The notes: a model not told the origin generated them from the letters alone. Shown: positions 12,529 through 21,865, counted from the first letter of the stretch. The stretch is 64,000 nt of DNA from an uncultured Nitrospiraceae bacterium (GCA_963811165.1 CAWEQH010000004.1:128001-192000), one strand, 5' to 3'. Program-made: numbers and translations.

Positions 12529-12906
12529 TTAGACATTAATCCCAAAATACTTCATCATATCCCCCAGAATCAAGGCATCTTCACCCTCTGTTTCTATGGA
12601 ATGTTCGATAGCCCCATGCTTAACAAGAAACTCATGATCCTCTTCCGCAGAGATATGTCCATGTACGCCTAATCGGGGATGGGAGTCAAAGTATTTGCGG
12701 ATGTCATGAGGGGGAAAGGCTAATCTAATCAGGAAAACAAATTTGATAAGCAGACCCTCACGCTCGATTATACGGGCTTTTTCTCGCTCATGGATTTCAA
12801 CCAAATTCATATCATAAAGGCGACTGCGGACTTGTTTTTCAATCACAGGGGTATAATTAAGTTGTTTTCGTTGCTGCTCAATCATTCGGCAGCCTTTGGA
12901 ACCCAT
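12529..12906 (-). CDS. Hypothetical protein
   Basis: 125-aa ORF in an AT-rich region; no family recognised. Confidence 0.45.
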   Translation of the reverse strand: MGSKGCRMIEQQRKQLNYTPVIEKQVRSRLYDMNLVEIHEREKARIIEREGLLIKFVFLIRLAFPPHDIRKYFDSHPRLGVHGHISAEEDHEFLVKHGAIEHSIETEGEDALILGDMMKYFGINV

Positions 12907-12966
12907 TGAATTACTCTTTGAAAAGCGATACAGTGGACATATAGCGACAATGAAAGGAGTGCAAAG

Positions 12967-13380
12967 ATGAGTTTAGAGGTGGTCAAAAGTTTTATTAAAG
13001 AAGTCGGATGGGGATTCCTTGCAACAAGTGACAGCAATAAGGTAGGGGTTCGACCTATGGGAAGCTGCGTTTGGATGGGGAATGAACTATGGTGTGCTAC
13101 TAGAGATAGTTCAGAGAAAATTAAACAACTCAGGAAAGTCCCTTATGCAGAATACTGTTTCAGCGATAGAGAAGGAAAACACGTCAGAATTGCTGGTTCC
13201 TGCACCATCAGTACAAACAATGATGACAAGTTGAAACTATATGAAGCCGTTCCAAGTCTTAAAAAATATTTTAAAGACTCTTCTGACCCTACGTATGTTG
13301 TTATTCGAATGAAACCGGAACGTATCCGATTTATGGCTCAAGCTGGTACGAGATATGAAGATATTGTAATTCCAAAATAA
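12967..13380 (+). CDS. Pyridoxamine 5'-phosphate oxidase-like FMN-binding protein
   Basis: FLAT...VRPM...T...SEKIKQL...P.AE pattern; AAGGAG RBS. Confidence 0.82.
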   Translation: MSLEVVKSFIKEVGWGFLATSDSNKVGVRPMGSCVWMGNELWCATRDSSEKIKQLRKVPYAEYCFSDREGKHVRIAGSCTISTNNDDKLKLYEAVPSLKKYFKDSSDPTYVVIRMKPERIRFMAQAGTRYEDIVIPK

Positions 13381-13498
13381 TCATGAGAATAATTCTGGGC
13401 GGAAATAGAACTCAGGGTAGGGCTGATTCAAAACCCGTGACTGTATCGTCTTGCACTTCTAAGACATTTCGGTAGGCTCCTCCTATGTATCCGGTTCA

Positions 13499-13720
13499 TT
13501 AATTATCCAAGTGAGCTAACTGAAGAATATCTCCAGCCATTTTTTCAGGTGTATATCTTCCGTTTAACAGTTCACTTAGAACCATAGAAATAATGGCTAT
13601 TTGGTGAGACTCATTACCAGCATTCCCCACCCAATCTTCGACAATTTCCCTGGTAATATCCTTGTTTGCTATTTGTGCTTTTCTCGTCAACTCTTTATAT
13701 AGGTTATCCAATATGGACAT
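13499..13720 (-). CDS. Hypothetical protein
   Basis: AAGGAGG RBS before the ATG (MSILDNLY...). Confidence 0.55.
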   Translation of the reverse strand: MSILDNLYKELTRKAQIANKDITREIVEDWVGNAGNESHQIAIISMVLSELLNGRYTPEKMAGDILQLAHLDN

Positions 13721-13918
13721 TTTCTTATCCTCCTTAGCCCTACGACTTAAGTAGGGCACCCTTGTGTCTTTAGTATACCATGCTGAGCTAGTAAAGAATT
13801 TTCAGGAGTGAATTAAATGTTCTGTTACAGCACATCAATAAAATCAATAATGAGCTTCTGTGTTAAGGTACGTACGTGCTCGCAATGTGGATAGTTATTA
13901 AGAAAGAGGGGAAGGATT

Positions 13919-14209
13919 ATGGAATGGAACAAGAATATGCAATGCTGGAAGTACAATAACTGTGGTCATGGAAAGGATTCATTATGTCCTGCTGCTGATC
14001 AGAATGAGGGAAGATCGTGCTGGCTTGTAGCAAAGACATTATGTGGGGGTAAGGTGCATGGTAAGCATACCGAAAGGATCAAGTCATGTGAGGGGTGTGG
14101 CTTTTACATATATATTCATTCATTACTCGCCATACCACCCTCGGATACATCAAACCTCCATGATATAAGGCGGATGAAAGTACTCCGTAGCAATCTATCC
14201 CGTTATTAA
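13919..14209 (+). CDS. Two-CW domain Cys-rich protein
   Basis: CWKYNNC...CPA...GRSCWLVAKTLCGG...CEGCGFY. Confidence 0.75.
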   Translation: MEWNKNMQCWKYNNCGHGKDSLCPAADQNEGRSCWLVAKTLCGGKVHGKHTERIKSCEGCGFYIYIHSLLAIPPSDTSNLHDIRRMKVLRSNLSRY

Positions 14210-14332
14210 AGTGCTATAAGGCTCTCCATAATACGATTTAAGACATGATCGGGAGAATTGAGGTGGTATTGGGACGCAGCATTTTGAGGGATGCAGTATA
14301 ATGAGAGTAAGTCTTATATAAAGGAGGACAGC

Positions 14333-14455
14333 ATGAGCAAAGAGAATAAGCAAAAACCCAATGCGAAGAAAAAACCACAGCACACCCTGAAAGAAAAAAG
14401 ACAGGCGAAGAAAGACAAGGTTCAAGGTAAGCCCCTCCAAATGATGCCCAGTTGA
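14333..14455 (+). CDS. Small basic (Lys-rich) protein, 40 aa, not in ORF track
   Basis: AAGGAGG RBS; MSKENKQKPNAKKKPQHTLKEKRQAKKDKVQGKPLQMMPS; TATAAT at 14297-14302. Confidence 0.65.
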   Translation: MSKENKQKPNAKKKPQHTLKEKRQAKKDKVQGKPLQMMPS

Positions 14456-14487
14456 ACTTACAATGGGCAGGTCATTTCCCGATCCCC

Positions 14488-14781
14488 CATACGGGCCTCA
14501 GAGCAGGGAATATCGTTAATCTGACTGTATCTCGGTGAGACTTTCATAATGATCGGATTAACATTAACGACCTCGAGATGAAAAACAGCGAGCCCTTCTC
14601 TATTGGGATGACCTCCGAGGTTAAGGCAACCCTCCAGAATGTCTTGAAGGAGCGCAAGGTAATAAGCCCCTATGTCTTTACTGATGAAATGGGTAGACCG
14701 TATTCGAGGAATGCAGTCTCTATGTCATTTAGGAGAGGGGCAGTGCTATATCCAGCGTGCAATAGTTCACGGGAAAAGTGA
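14488..14781 (+). pseudogene. Tyrosine recombinase/integrase fragment
   Basis: HTGLRAGNIVNL (box I), in-frame TGA at 14536, then MKNSEP...YVFTDEMGRPYS. Truncated before the HxLRH and Tyr motifs. Confidence 0.75.
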
Positions 14782-14804
14782 ATATGTGCGTACTGGATAT
14801 ACGC

Positions 14805-15098
14805 TCAGGCCTTCCTTGACTCCAGTTTTATGACAACCTTTGCATCCAGCGCATCAGCGATCTTCTTCAGTGTCGAAAGTTTGGGCAGTCCGTGGGTGAG
14901 ACCCTCTATTCTAGATATTGTCGACTGGGGCATGCCGGCCTTTTTAGCAACCTGCTCCTGAGTCATCTTTTTCCTCTGCCGCTGTTCGAGGATGCTCTTT
15001 GCCAACTCGTATTCAGGCAGGAGCTTTTCATACTCCTTTCTGACGTTCTTGTTCTTTAAAAGTTCTTTTACGTGTTCTTCGTATGCGTTCTTTTTCAT
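14805..15098 (-). CDS. XRE/HigA-like HTH antitoxin
   Basis: MTQEQVAKKAGMPQSTISRIE HTH; starts right after the toxin stop. Confidence 0.85.
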   Translation of the reverse strand: MKKNAYEEHVKELLKNKNVRKEYEKLLPEYELAKSILEQRQRKKMTQEQVAKKAGMPQSTISRIEGLTHGLPKLSTLKKIADALDAKVVIKLESRKA

Positions 15099-15099
15099 A

Positions 15100-15453
15100 T
15101 TACACCTCCCTCGAAAGGTAATCCTTCATCCTTTCTTCAGCTGTTTCAATCTCCCTCTGCGGGGTCTTGTCCGTCTTCTTTGTAAAGCCATGCAGAAGTA
15201 TGAACTTCTTTCCTGTATGGGTGAAGTAAAGTATCCTGCTGATTCCTGTCTTGTCCTTGATCCGTATCTCAAAAAGCTTCTTTCGGCCGGTAAGCTGTTT
15301 CACATACGGTTCTTTTACCATCACTCCGTATTCCGTGAGCAGCCTGGTAATGAAGATATACTTTGCCCGGCCTTCAGGCGAAAGACTATCGACAAATTCC
15401 CTGACAGGGCATCTGCCGTCGGTCGTTTCATAGTATTCGATGGCCCAGTGCAC
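15100..15453 (-). CDS. RelE/ParE (Gp49-like, HigB-type) toxin
   Basis: LFEIRIK...RILYF...ILLHGFTKKTDKTP motif; toxin-first order. Confidence 0.88.
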   Translation of the reverse strand: MHWAIEYYETTDGRCPVREFVDSLSPEGRAKYIFITRLLTEYGVMVKEPYVKQLTGRKKLFEIRIKDKTGISRILYFTHTGKKFILLHGFTKKTDKTPQREIETAEERMKDYLSREV

Positions 15454-15489
15454 GTATTATTATATAGCACTGATGCTATAAAGGCAATA

Positions 15490-15561
15490 ACGGTCAAGCT
15501 CTCAACTCTGGAGAGGGTGGCCCATGCGTTTGGGAAAAGACTTGAAGTAAAGGTAGCCTGA
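15490..15561 (+). pseudogene. C-terminal remnant of an HTH antitoxin
   Basis: TVKLSTLERVAHAFGKRLEVKVA resembles the C-terminus of the neighbouring antitoxin (KLSTLKKIADALDAKVVIKL). Confidence 0.45.
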
Positions 15562-15583
15562 AAGACAAGGCCTAAGGTATAAA

Positions 15584-15720
15584 ATGAAGGAGGCAAAAGA
15601 GCACAAGGCTGAAGTGGTACAGAAGTACCGGGTGCGCGAGATAGGCATCTTCGGCTCTTTTGTCCGCGGCGAACAGAAACGACGGAGTGATATCGATATC
15701 CTTTGTGGAATTTTATATGA
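15584..15720 (+). pseudogene. Truncated minimal nucleotidyltransferase (MNT antitoxin)
   Basis: IGIFGSFVRGEQKRRSDIDIL motif, then abrupt loss of the rest of the domain. Confidence 0.75.
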
Positions 15721-15926
15721 CGCGGGAATGGAAATTCTTCATTCAGGACATCTACGACGCAATACAGTACGTAAAAGAGTTTATCGGCTCGATGAAGCGC
15801 AAAGAATTTCTTGCCGATGAGAAAACAAGAAGCGCCGTCGCATTCAAGATCGAGAATATCGGGGAAGCGTCCAAAAACATACCCAAAGAGATAAAGGCAC
15901 AGTACAAGGAACTTCCCTGGACTGAC
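15717..15926 (+). pseudogene. Truncated HEPN/DUF86 toxin
   Basis: MTREWKFFIQDI...IENIGEASKNIP...LPW; lacks the downstream RxxxxH motif. Confidence 0.75.
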
Positions 15927-16030
15927 AAACTTCCCTTCACAAGCGAAAAGGGACTCCCAATAGATAAGCAGTGTCTTCAGTTGGCAATCGAAGAACTTCG
16001 GTCACGTCTGCTTTTCATGTTTTGGAAAAA

Positions 16031-16057
16031 TAAAAGGGCTTGCTCTCGCAAACCCTT
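16031..16057 (-). terminator. Hairpin downstream of tRNA-Glu
   Basis: On the minus strand: AAGGGTTTGC-gaga-GCAAGCCCTT followed by Ts. Confidence 0.55.
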
Positions 16058-16065
16058 GAATTTGT

Positions 16066-16143
16066 TGGCGTCCCCAGCGGGATTCGAACCCGCGTTACCG
16101 CCTTGAAAGGGCGATGTCCTAGGCCGGGCTAGACGATGGGGAC
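16066..16143 (-). tRNA. tRNA-Glu (TTC)
   Basis: GTCCCCATCGTCTAG...CGCCCTTTCAAGGCGG...GGTTCGAATCCC...GGGACGCCA. Confidence 0.96.
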
Positions 16144-16146
16144 ATT

Positions 16147-16222
16147 TGGTGAGCCGCGTTGGATTCGAACCAACGACCCACGCCTTAAAAGGGCGTTGCT
16201 CTACCAACTGAGCTAGCGGCCC
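16147..16222 (-). tRNA. tRNA-Lys (TTT)
   Basis: GGGCCGCTAGCTCAGTTGGTAGAGC...CCCTTTTAAGG...GGTTCGAATCC...CACCA. Confidence 0.96.
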
Positions 16223-16238
16223 CGAAACACAGACTATA

Positions 16239-16268
16239 AAGATACACTGTATCGCGTTTTCTTGTCAA
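16239..16268 (-). promoter_or_regulatory. Sigma70 promoter of the tRNA pair
   Basis: TTGACA-18 nt-TATCTT just upstream of tRNA-Lys. Confidence 0.6.
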
Positions 16269-16350
16269 TTGATCAGGACCTGTCGGCCGTGTCCTAATTG
16301 AGAAATCAATACAGGACACGATGCCCTATTTTAGGCTTTCACCGGCCGGG

Positions 16351-18297
16351 TTACGACGATGAAAGCCCCTTTGTGTAAGGCAGAAGGCCGCCTTTTTTCA
16401 AGACCTCCCTCTCCCGGTCGTTAAGGGTAGACCTGACGCTAAGGGATTTCCCGGAGGTGATATCTTCGACGGTATAGGTCTGTCCGCCGGAAAGCGCGCC
16501 CAAGAGGTCCTTTATGACGATGCGATCGCCTTTTTCTATCTTGTCGTAATCAACAGGGTTTTCAAAAACCAGGGGAAGTATACCGAAATTGATCAGGTTC
16601 GAGCGGTGTATGCGGGCAAACGACTTTGCGATGACGGCATGAACACCGAGGAACATCGGAGCGATGGCAGCGTGTTCCCTCGAAGACCCCTGGCCGTAGT
16701 TTTCCCCGCCTATGAGTATTCCCCCGCCCTTTGTCTTTGCCTCCTTCGCCCTGCCTGAGAATGTCTTGTCGATATTTTCGAAGACGAAATCGGAGATCGC
16801 CGGGATGTTGGACCTGAAGGGCAGTACCTTCGAACCCGCGGGCATGATGTCGTCCGTAGTAATATTGTCCCCGAGCTTAAGAAGCACCTCGGCCTCTATT
16901 CTGTCTTTGAGAGGCTCCTTTACCGAGACCTCCTTTATGTTGGGCCCCTTGACGACCCGTACCGCTCCGGTATCGTCTTTTGGCGGGATGATGAAATTCC
17001 TGTTGATCAGGTATTTCGAGGGCTCCTTGAAGCTCCTTATTTCGATACCTGAGTCGCGCGGGTCCGTCATTCTGCCCGCAAGCGCAAATACTGCGCATGA
17101 GACCGGACTTGCGAGATAGATGAGGGCGTCTTTTGTCCCGCTTCTTCCCTTGAAGTTCCTGTTGTAAGAGCGGACCGACACCTGGCCCGAAGCGGGCGCT
17201 CCGCCCATGCCTATACAGGGCCCGCAGGAAGATTCGAGCATGCGTGCGCCTGCGGCGATCATGTCGGAGGTAAGCCCCTCCTTCGATATCATCTCATAGA
17301 CCTGTTTCGATCCGGGGTTTATGAGGAGGTTTATATCCTCGGCAACCGTCCTGCCCTTAAGCACCGAAGCCACCGTCTTCATCGCCTGATAGGATGAGTT
17401 GGTGCAACTGCCGATACAGACCTGATCGACCTTTGTGCCGGCAAGACTCTTTACGGTCACCACATTATCGGGGCTATGGGGCTGTGCGATCATCGGCTCT
17501 ATCTGGCCGAGGTCGAGCTCTATCTTCTCTGCATATTTCGCCCCCTTGTCCGCGGTGAGTTCGGTCCAGTCTCCCCCCCTGCCGACCGCGGCAAGGTAGA
17601 ATTTAGTCCTCTTGTCACTGGGAAAAACAGAGGTCGTTGCGCCCAGCTCAGCCCCCATATTCGTGATGGTTGCGCGCTCGGTGACATTGAGGTCCCTGAC
17701 GCCGGGGCCGCCGTATTCCATGATCTTTCCCACGCCGCCTTTGACCGAAAGCCTCCTCAGTATCTCAAGGATCACATCCATTGCGGCCACCCACGGCCTG
17801 TTGAGTTTGCCCGTAAGGTGTATCTTTACCACCTGCGGCATGGTCAGCTCGAAAGGGGAACCGCCCATGACGGTCGCTGCGTCGAGGCCTCCGACGCCGA
17901 TTGCGATCATCCCCATCCCTCCGCCCGTAGGCGTATGACTGTCCGTTCCGAGGGCGATCTTGCCGGGGGCGGCGAATTGTTCGAGGTGCACCTGGTGGCA
18001 GATGCCGTTACCCGGCTTCGAAAAAAATGCGCCGTATCTTGCGGCTGCAGTCTGCAAAAACATGTGGTCGTCGGGGTTCATATAATTTTGCTGGAGCATG
18101 TTGTGGTCGACATACGAAACCGCAAGAGGGACTTTCACCCTGTTAAGTCCCATCGCCTCAAACTGCAGCCATGTCATCGTCCCGGTTGCGTCCTGGGTAT
18201 AGACCTGATCGACTCTAAGTCCCACGGAGGTCCCGGCCTTTATCTCGCCGTACACGCGATGTGCCTCGAATATCTTCTCTACAATGTTTTTGCCCAC
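16351..18297 (-). CDS. Aconitate hydratase (short ~650-aa type)
   Basis: DSHT, IGSCTN, CGPCIG, NRNF and GQGSSREHA motifs. Confidence 0.92.
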   Translation of the reverse strand: MGKNIVEKIFEAHRVYGEIKAGTSVGLRVDQVYTQDATGTMTWLQFEAMGLNRVKVPLAVSYVDHNMLQQNYMNPDDHMFLQTAAARYGAFFSKPGNGICHQVHLEQFAAPGKIALGTDSHTPTGGGMGMIAIGVGGLDAATVMGGSPFELTMPQVVKIHLTGKLNRPWVAAMDVILEILRRLSVKGGVGKIMEYGGPGVRDLNVTERATITNMGAELGATTSVFPSDKRTKFYLAAVGRGGDWTELTADKGAKYAEKIELDLGQIEPMIAQPHSPDNVVTVKSLAGTKVDQVCIGSCTNSSYQAMKTVASVLKGRTVAEDINLLINPGSKQVYEMISKEGLTSDMIAAGARMLESSCGPCIGMGGAPASGQVSVRSYNRNFKGRSGTKDALIYLASPVSCAVFALAGRMTDPRDSGIEIRSFKEPSKYLINRNFIIPPKDDTGAVRVVKGPNIKEVSVKEPLKDRIEAEVLLKLGDNITTDDIMPAGSKVLPFRSNIPAISDFVFENIDKTFSGRAKEAKTKGGGILIGGENYGQGSSREHAAIAPMFLGVHAVIAKSFARIHRSNLINFGILPLVFENPVDYDKIEKGDRIVIKDLLGALSGGQTYTVEDITSGKSLSVRSTLNDREREVLKKGGLLPYTKGLSSS

Positions 18298-18431
18298 GAT
18301 AACCTCTCTATAAATTTAATTTTTTATTTTACCTTTCGCCAGCCGGTCGAATCAACATTCTCACAAACGCGGAGCTTCGCCCCGCACAAAATATTTAGTA
18401 CTTTGTAATTTTCATTATTGATAGACTTTCT

Positions 18432-18630
18432 CCTCGGGACGTTGCCCCGAACCCCAGTTACCTTTCTTGCTCGCTCCAAGCAAGGTAACCCAAAGAAGGG
18501 CGCCCCGACGAAAATTTCATACGGCTGTGCAGACGTCCTCGGTAGATTTTAGGAACTCGCCTACGGCTCAGACAGCCTAAAATCTTTAACCCTGCGGGCG
18601 TCTGTGCTCGCCTAAATTTTCGAAGGGGAA
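18432..18630. repeat. Highly structured intergenic element (MITE/REP-like or ncRNA)
   Basis: Stems GTTACCTT/AAGGTAAC, CGAAAATTT/AAATTTTCG, CAGACGTCC/GGGCGTCTG and AGATTTTAGG/CCTAAAATCT, the last three nested. Confidence 0.55.
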
Positions 18631-18808
18631 TTACCTGGCGAAGGAGGCCTTGCTGAACCTGCCTTTTTGGAGTTTTACGAGGCCCCTTCTAAAATTAAGA
18701 GAATCGAAATGAGGCCGCAACCGCCCGTGGTTTTTGACTTTATGGGCGATGCTGTGTTAAAAATATTAGGCAAATCGGGCAATAAATATAACTTCACGGA
18801 GATCCACG

Positions 18809-20065
18809 ATGCATTTTTTCTGTTACAAGGGCGATGAACTGTACGCCGAAGACGTTTCGGTGGGTACGCTGACAAAGAAGTACGGTTCGCCCCTTTATAT
18901 CTATAGCTATCACACGCTGGTGAGGCACATCAGGGCATACGACGAGGCCTACCGTGCGTATCCGCATATCATCTGTTATGCGCTTAAGGCCAATACCAAC
19001 GGGGCAATTGTGAGGACCCTTGCAAAAAACGGCGGTGGGGCCGACATCGTCTCGGGGGGCGAACTCTTCAGGGCGCTTCGGGCCGGGGTGCCTTCGGACA
19101 AGATAGTGTATGCGGGCGTGGGCAAGACAGAAGAAGAGATACGCTTTGCGCTTAGATCGAAGATCCTTATGTTCAACGTCGAATCCGAAGACGAATTGAA
19201 GGAGATCGACAGGGTCGCGGGCATTATGAGGGTCAAAGCGCCGATAGCGCTCAGGATCAACCCCGACATCAATCCCCGGACGCACCCTTACATATCCACG
19301 GGCATGAAGGAGCATAAGTTCGGGATTTCGATCGACAGGGCGATAGAAAACTACAGGCTTGCCTCCAGACTCAGGAACGTCGAAGTGGTGGGGGTGCAAA
19401 AGCATATCGGCTCCCAGATAACGGAGTTGTCTCCCTTCGTGGATGCGATGAAGAGGATACTTACGCTCGTAGACGAGTTAAACAGGCGCGGCTTCGATAT
19501 CAGGTACTTAGACATAGGCGGAGGACTCGGCATCCCCTACCTGGATGAGACGCCTCCTTTGCCGAGCGACCTGGCGGCAAATCTGCTTCCCCTCGTAAAC
19601 GGAAGGAAGATCACGCTTATCATGGAGCCCGGAAGGTCGATCGTCGGCAACGCAGGCATTCTCGTCACAAAGGCCCTCTATCTGAAGAAGGGCGCCGGTA
19701 AGGATTTCGTGATCGTCGATGCGGGCATGAACGACCTTATGCGGCCGTCGCTCTACGATGCGTATCATCATATCCTGCCGGTAGTCAGACAAAGAAGGTC
19801 GACGATAACGGCCGACATAGTGGGGCCTATCTGCGAGTCGGGAGATTTTCTGGCCAGGAAGAGGCAGATCGAAAAGGTGAAGCAGGGTGAATATCTTGCG
19901 GTCATGAGTGCGGGGGCCTACGGGATGTCGATGAGTTCGAACTATAACAGCAGGCCGACGATTGCGGAGGTCATGGTAAAGGGCAGGACCCACAGCCTCA
20001 TAAGGAGGCGCGGCACGTATGAAGAACTCGTGGAAGACGAGATCACGCCGGGGTACCTCAAATGA
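18809..20065 (+). CDS. lysA: Diaminopimelate decarboxylase
   Basis: YALKAN, HIGSQI, DIGGG, EPGRS, GPICESGD and YNSRP motifs. Confidence 0.96.
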   Translation: MHFFCYKGDELYAEDVSVGTLTKKYGSPLYIYSYHTLVRHIRAYDEAYRAYPHIICYALKANTNGAIVRTLAKNGGGADIVSGGELFRALRAGVPSDKIVYAGVGKTEEEIRFALRSKILMFNVESEDELKEIDRVAGIMRVKAPIALRINPDINPRTHPYISTGMKEHKFGISIDRAIENYRLASRLRNVEVVGVQKHIGSQITELSPFVDAMKRILTLVDELNRRGFDIRYLDIGGGLGIPYLDETPPLPSDLAANLLPLVNGRKITLIMEPGRSIVGNAGILVTKALYLKKGAGKDFVIVDAGMNDLMRPSLYDAYHHILPVVRQRRSTITADIVGPICESGDFLARKRQIEKVKQGEYLAVMSAGAYGMSMSSNYNSRPTIAEVMVKGRTHSLIRRRGTYEELVEDEITPGYLK

Positions 20066-20892
20066 GGCTTGAGTTTACCAAGATGCACGGCCTCGGCAAC
20101 GATTTTATCCTGATCGACTGCCGGGACGAGGCGATCAGCGACCGGCTTTCGATGCCCGGGGACCTCAGCAAGAGGTTTTGTCACCGGCGTTTCGGCATCG
20201 GCGCGGACCAGATGCTATTACTCTACCCGTCGAAGATCGCGGATTTTATGATGAGGATCTTCAACGCAGACGGCAGCGAGGTCGAGATGTGCGGAAACGG
20301 CATCCGCTGCCTCGCACACTACATCTGGGACCGCGGCCTCTCGAAAAAGGATGCGCTTTCGGTGGAGACCGCTGCCGGGATCATAAGGCCCGAAAAGGCG
20401 GGTGAAATGGTAAAGGTCGATATGGGCGAGCCGATACTGCAGGCGCGCCAGATACCGGTGGATCTTGACGGTGTGATAAAAAATTACCCTCTGATGACGG
20501 ATGGGAAAGAGTTTCACATTACTTGCGTCTCGATGGGTAATCCGCATGCCGTGATCTTTGTCGGGGATGTCGACGGATTCGATGTCAGAAGATATGGGCC
20601 GGCGATTGAGACCCACGGACTTTTCCCTAAGAGGACGAACGTCGAATTTATTCAGATTACGGGCCCCGAAAGATTGAAGATGCGTGTATGGGAAAGGGGC
20701 GCGGGCGAGACTATGGCCTGCGGCACAGGCGCCTCCGCTGCCGCGGTAGCGTCAAACCTCAACGGCTTTACCGGAAAGAAAGTGACGGTGGCCCTTCTTG
20801 GGGGTGAGCTTGACGTCGAGTGGTCCGGAGATAACCATGTATATATGACGGGTCCAGCCCAGGAAGTATTTGAAGGCCGGATAGAGGTATAA
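20062..20892 (+). CDS. dapF: Diaminopimelate epimerase
   Basis: KMHGLGNDF, EMCGNGIRC, GNPH and ERGAGETMACGTG motifs. Confidence 0.96.
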   Translation: MRLEFTKMHGLGNDFILIDCRDEAISDRLSMPGDLSKRFCHRRFGIGADQMLLLYPSKIADFMMRIFNADGSEVEMCGNGIRCLAHYIWDRGLSKKDALSVETAAGIIRPEKAGEMVKVDMGEPILQARQIPVDLDGVIKNYPLMTDGKEFHITCVSMGNPHAVIFVGDVDGFDVRRYGPAIETHGLFPKRTNVEFIQITGPERLKMRVWERGAGETMACGTGASAAAVASNLNGFTGKKVTVALLGGELDVEWSGDNHVYMTGPAQEVFEGRIEV

Positions 20893-20920
20893 ATAATAAT
20901 CAGCTTTCAGAGGAGGATCT

Positions 20921-21796
20921 ATGTTCAAAGGCTCAATTGTCGCGATAGTCACACCATTTAAGAATGGGAAGGTTGATGAGAAGGCCTTAGGGGACCTTAT
21001 TGAATGGCATATAAAGCAGGGGACCAACGCGATCGTTCCGTGCGGAACGACGGGCGAATCCGCCACGCTTGACTACAAGGAACACGACAGGGTCATCGAA
21101 TTCACGGTGAAGGCCGTTAATAAACGGGTGCCGGTCATCGCGGGCACTGGAGCCAACGCGACCGACGAGACGATCATGATCACAAAACATGCGAAGAAGG
21201 CCGGCGCCGATGGAGCGCTCCTCGTCTCCCCCTATTACAACAAGCCGACACAGGAGGGGCTTTACAGACACTACAAGGCCGTTGCCGACGCGGTGAAGAT
21301 CCCTATCGTTCTTTATAATGTCCCGGGAAGGACAGCGGTGAACATACTGCCTTCCACTGTGGCGAGACTTGCCGAGGTAAAGAATATCGTGGCATTAAAA
21401 GAGGCCACAGGCGACATGAAGCAGGCCAGCGAGGTGATACGTCTCTGTGGTGACCGCATCGCGGTCCTTTCAGGCGATGATTTTACGACCCTCCCGCTCC
21501 TTGCCCTGGGCGGCAAGGGCACCATCTCGGTGACGGCAAACATAATGCCGAAGCTCGTCTCCGATATGTGCGCACTATGGGAACGGGGAAAGTTCGAGGA
21601 AGCAAGAGAGATCCATTTTACGCTTGAGCCCCTCAACGCCTCCATGTTTATAGAGACGAACCCGATACCGGTAAAAACGGCCCTTGCGATGATGGGCAAG
21701 ATAAAGGAAGAGTTCAGACTGCCGCTTTGCGAGATGGCGAAGGCAAACAGGGAGAAGCTTAAAAACGTATTGAAATCTTATAAGCTCGTCAGATAA
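20921..21796 (+). CDS. dapA: 4-hydroxy-tetrahydrodipicolinate synthase
   Basis: GTTGES, PYYNKP, YNVPGRT, KEA and NPIPVK motifs. Confidence 0.96.
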   Translation: MFKGSIVAIVTPFKNGKVDEKALGDLIEWHIKQGTNAIVPCGTTGESATLDYKEHDRVIEFTVKAVNKRVPVIAGTGANATDETIMITKHAKKAGADGALLVSPYYNKPTQEGLYRHYKAVADAVKIPIVLYNVPGRTAVNILPSTVARLAEVKNIVALKEATGDMKQASEVIRLCGDRIAVLSGDDFTTLPLLALGGKGTISVTANIMPKLVSDMCALWERGKFEEAREIHFTLEPLNASMFIETNPIPVKTALAMMGKIKEEFRLPLCEMAKANREKLKNVLKSYKLVR

Positions 21797-21831
21797 GACA
21801 AATATCTGCCTCTGACAAACTATTTCCAGGG

Positions 21832-21865
21832 AAGTCCCCCCTTAAAACAGGGGGGACTTTTTTTT
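21832..21865 (+). terminator. Rho-independent terminator after dapA
   Basis: AAGTCCCCCCT/AGGGGGGACTT stem followed by a T-run. Confidence 0.85.

Larger units (their letters stand above)
2119..16079. mobile_element. Decayed genomic island integrated at the tRNA-Glu 3' end
   Basis: Bounded by att-like direct repeats; contains an integrase remnant, TA modules and AT-richer genes. Confidence 0.6.

Noticed and set aside
14536..14538. In-frame TGA in the integrase fragment as possible Sec
   Set aside because: Not a Cys position, and the gene is truncated at both ends; a nonsense mutation is more likely
15927..16207. ORFs running through the tRNA genes
   Set aside because: Shadow translations of tRNA-Glu and tRNA-Lys
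18640..18808. Lysine riboswitch upstream of lysA
   Set aside because: No AGAGGUGC or kink-turn landmarks seen
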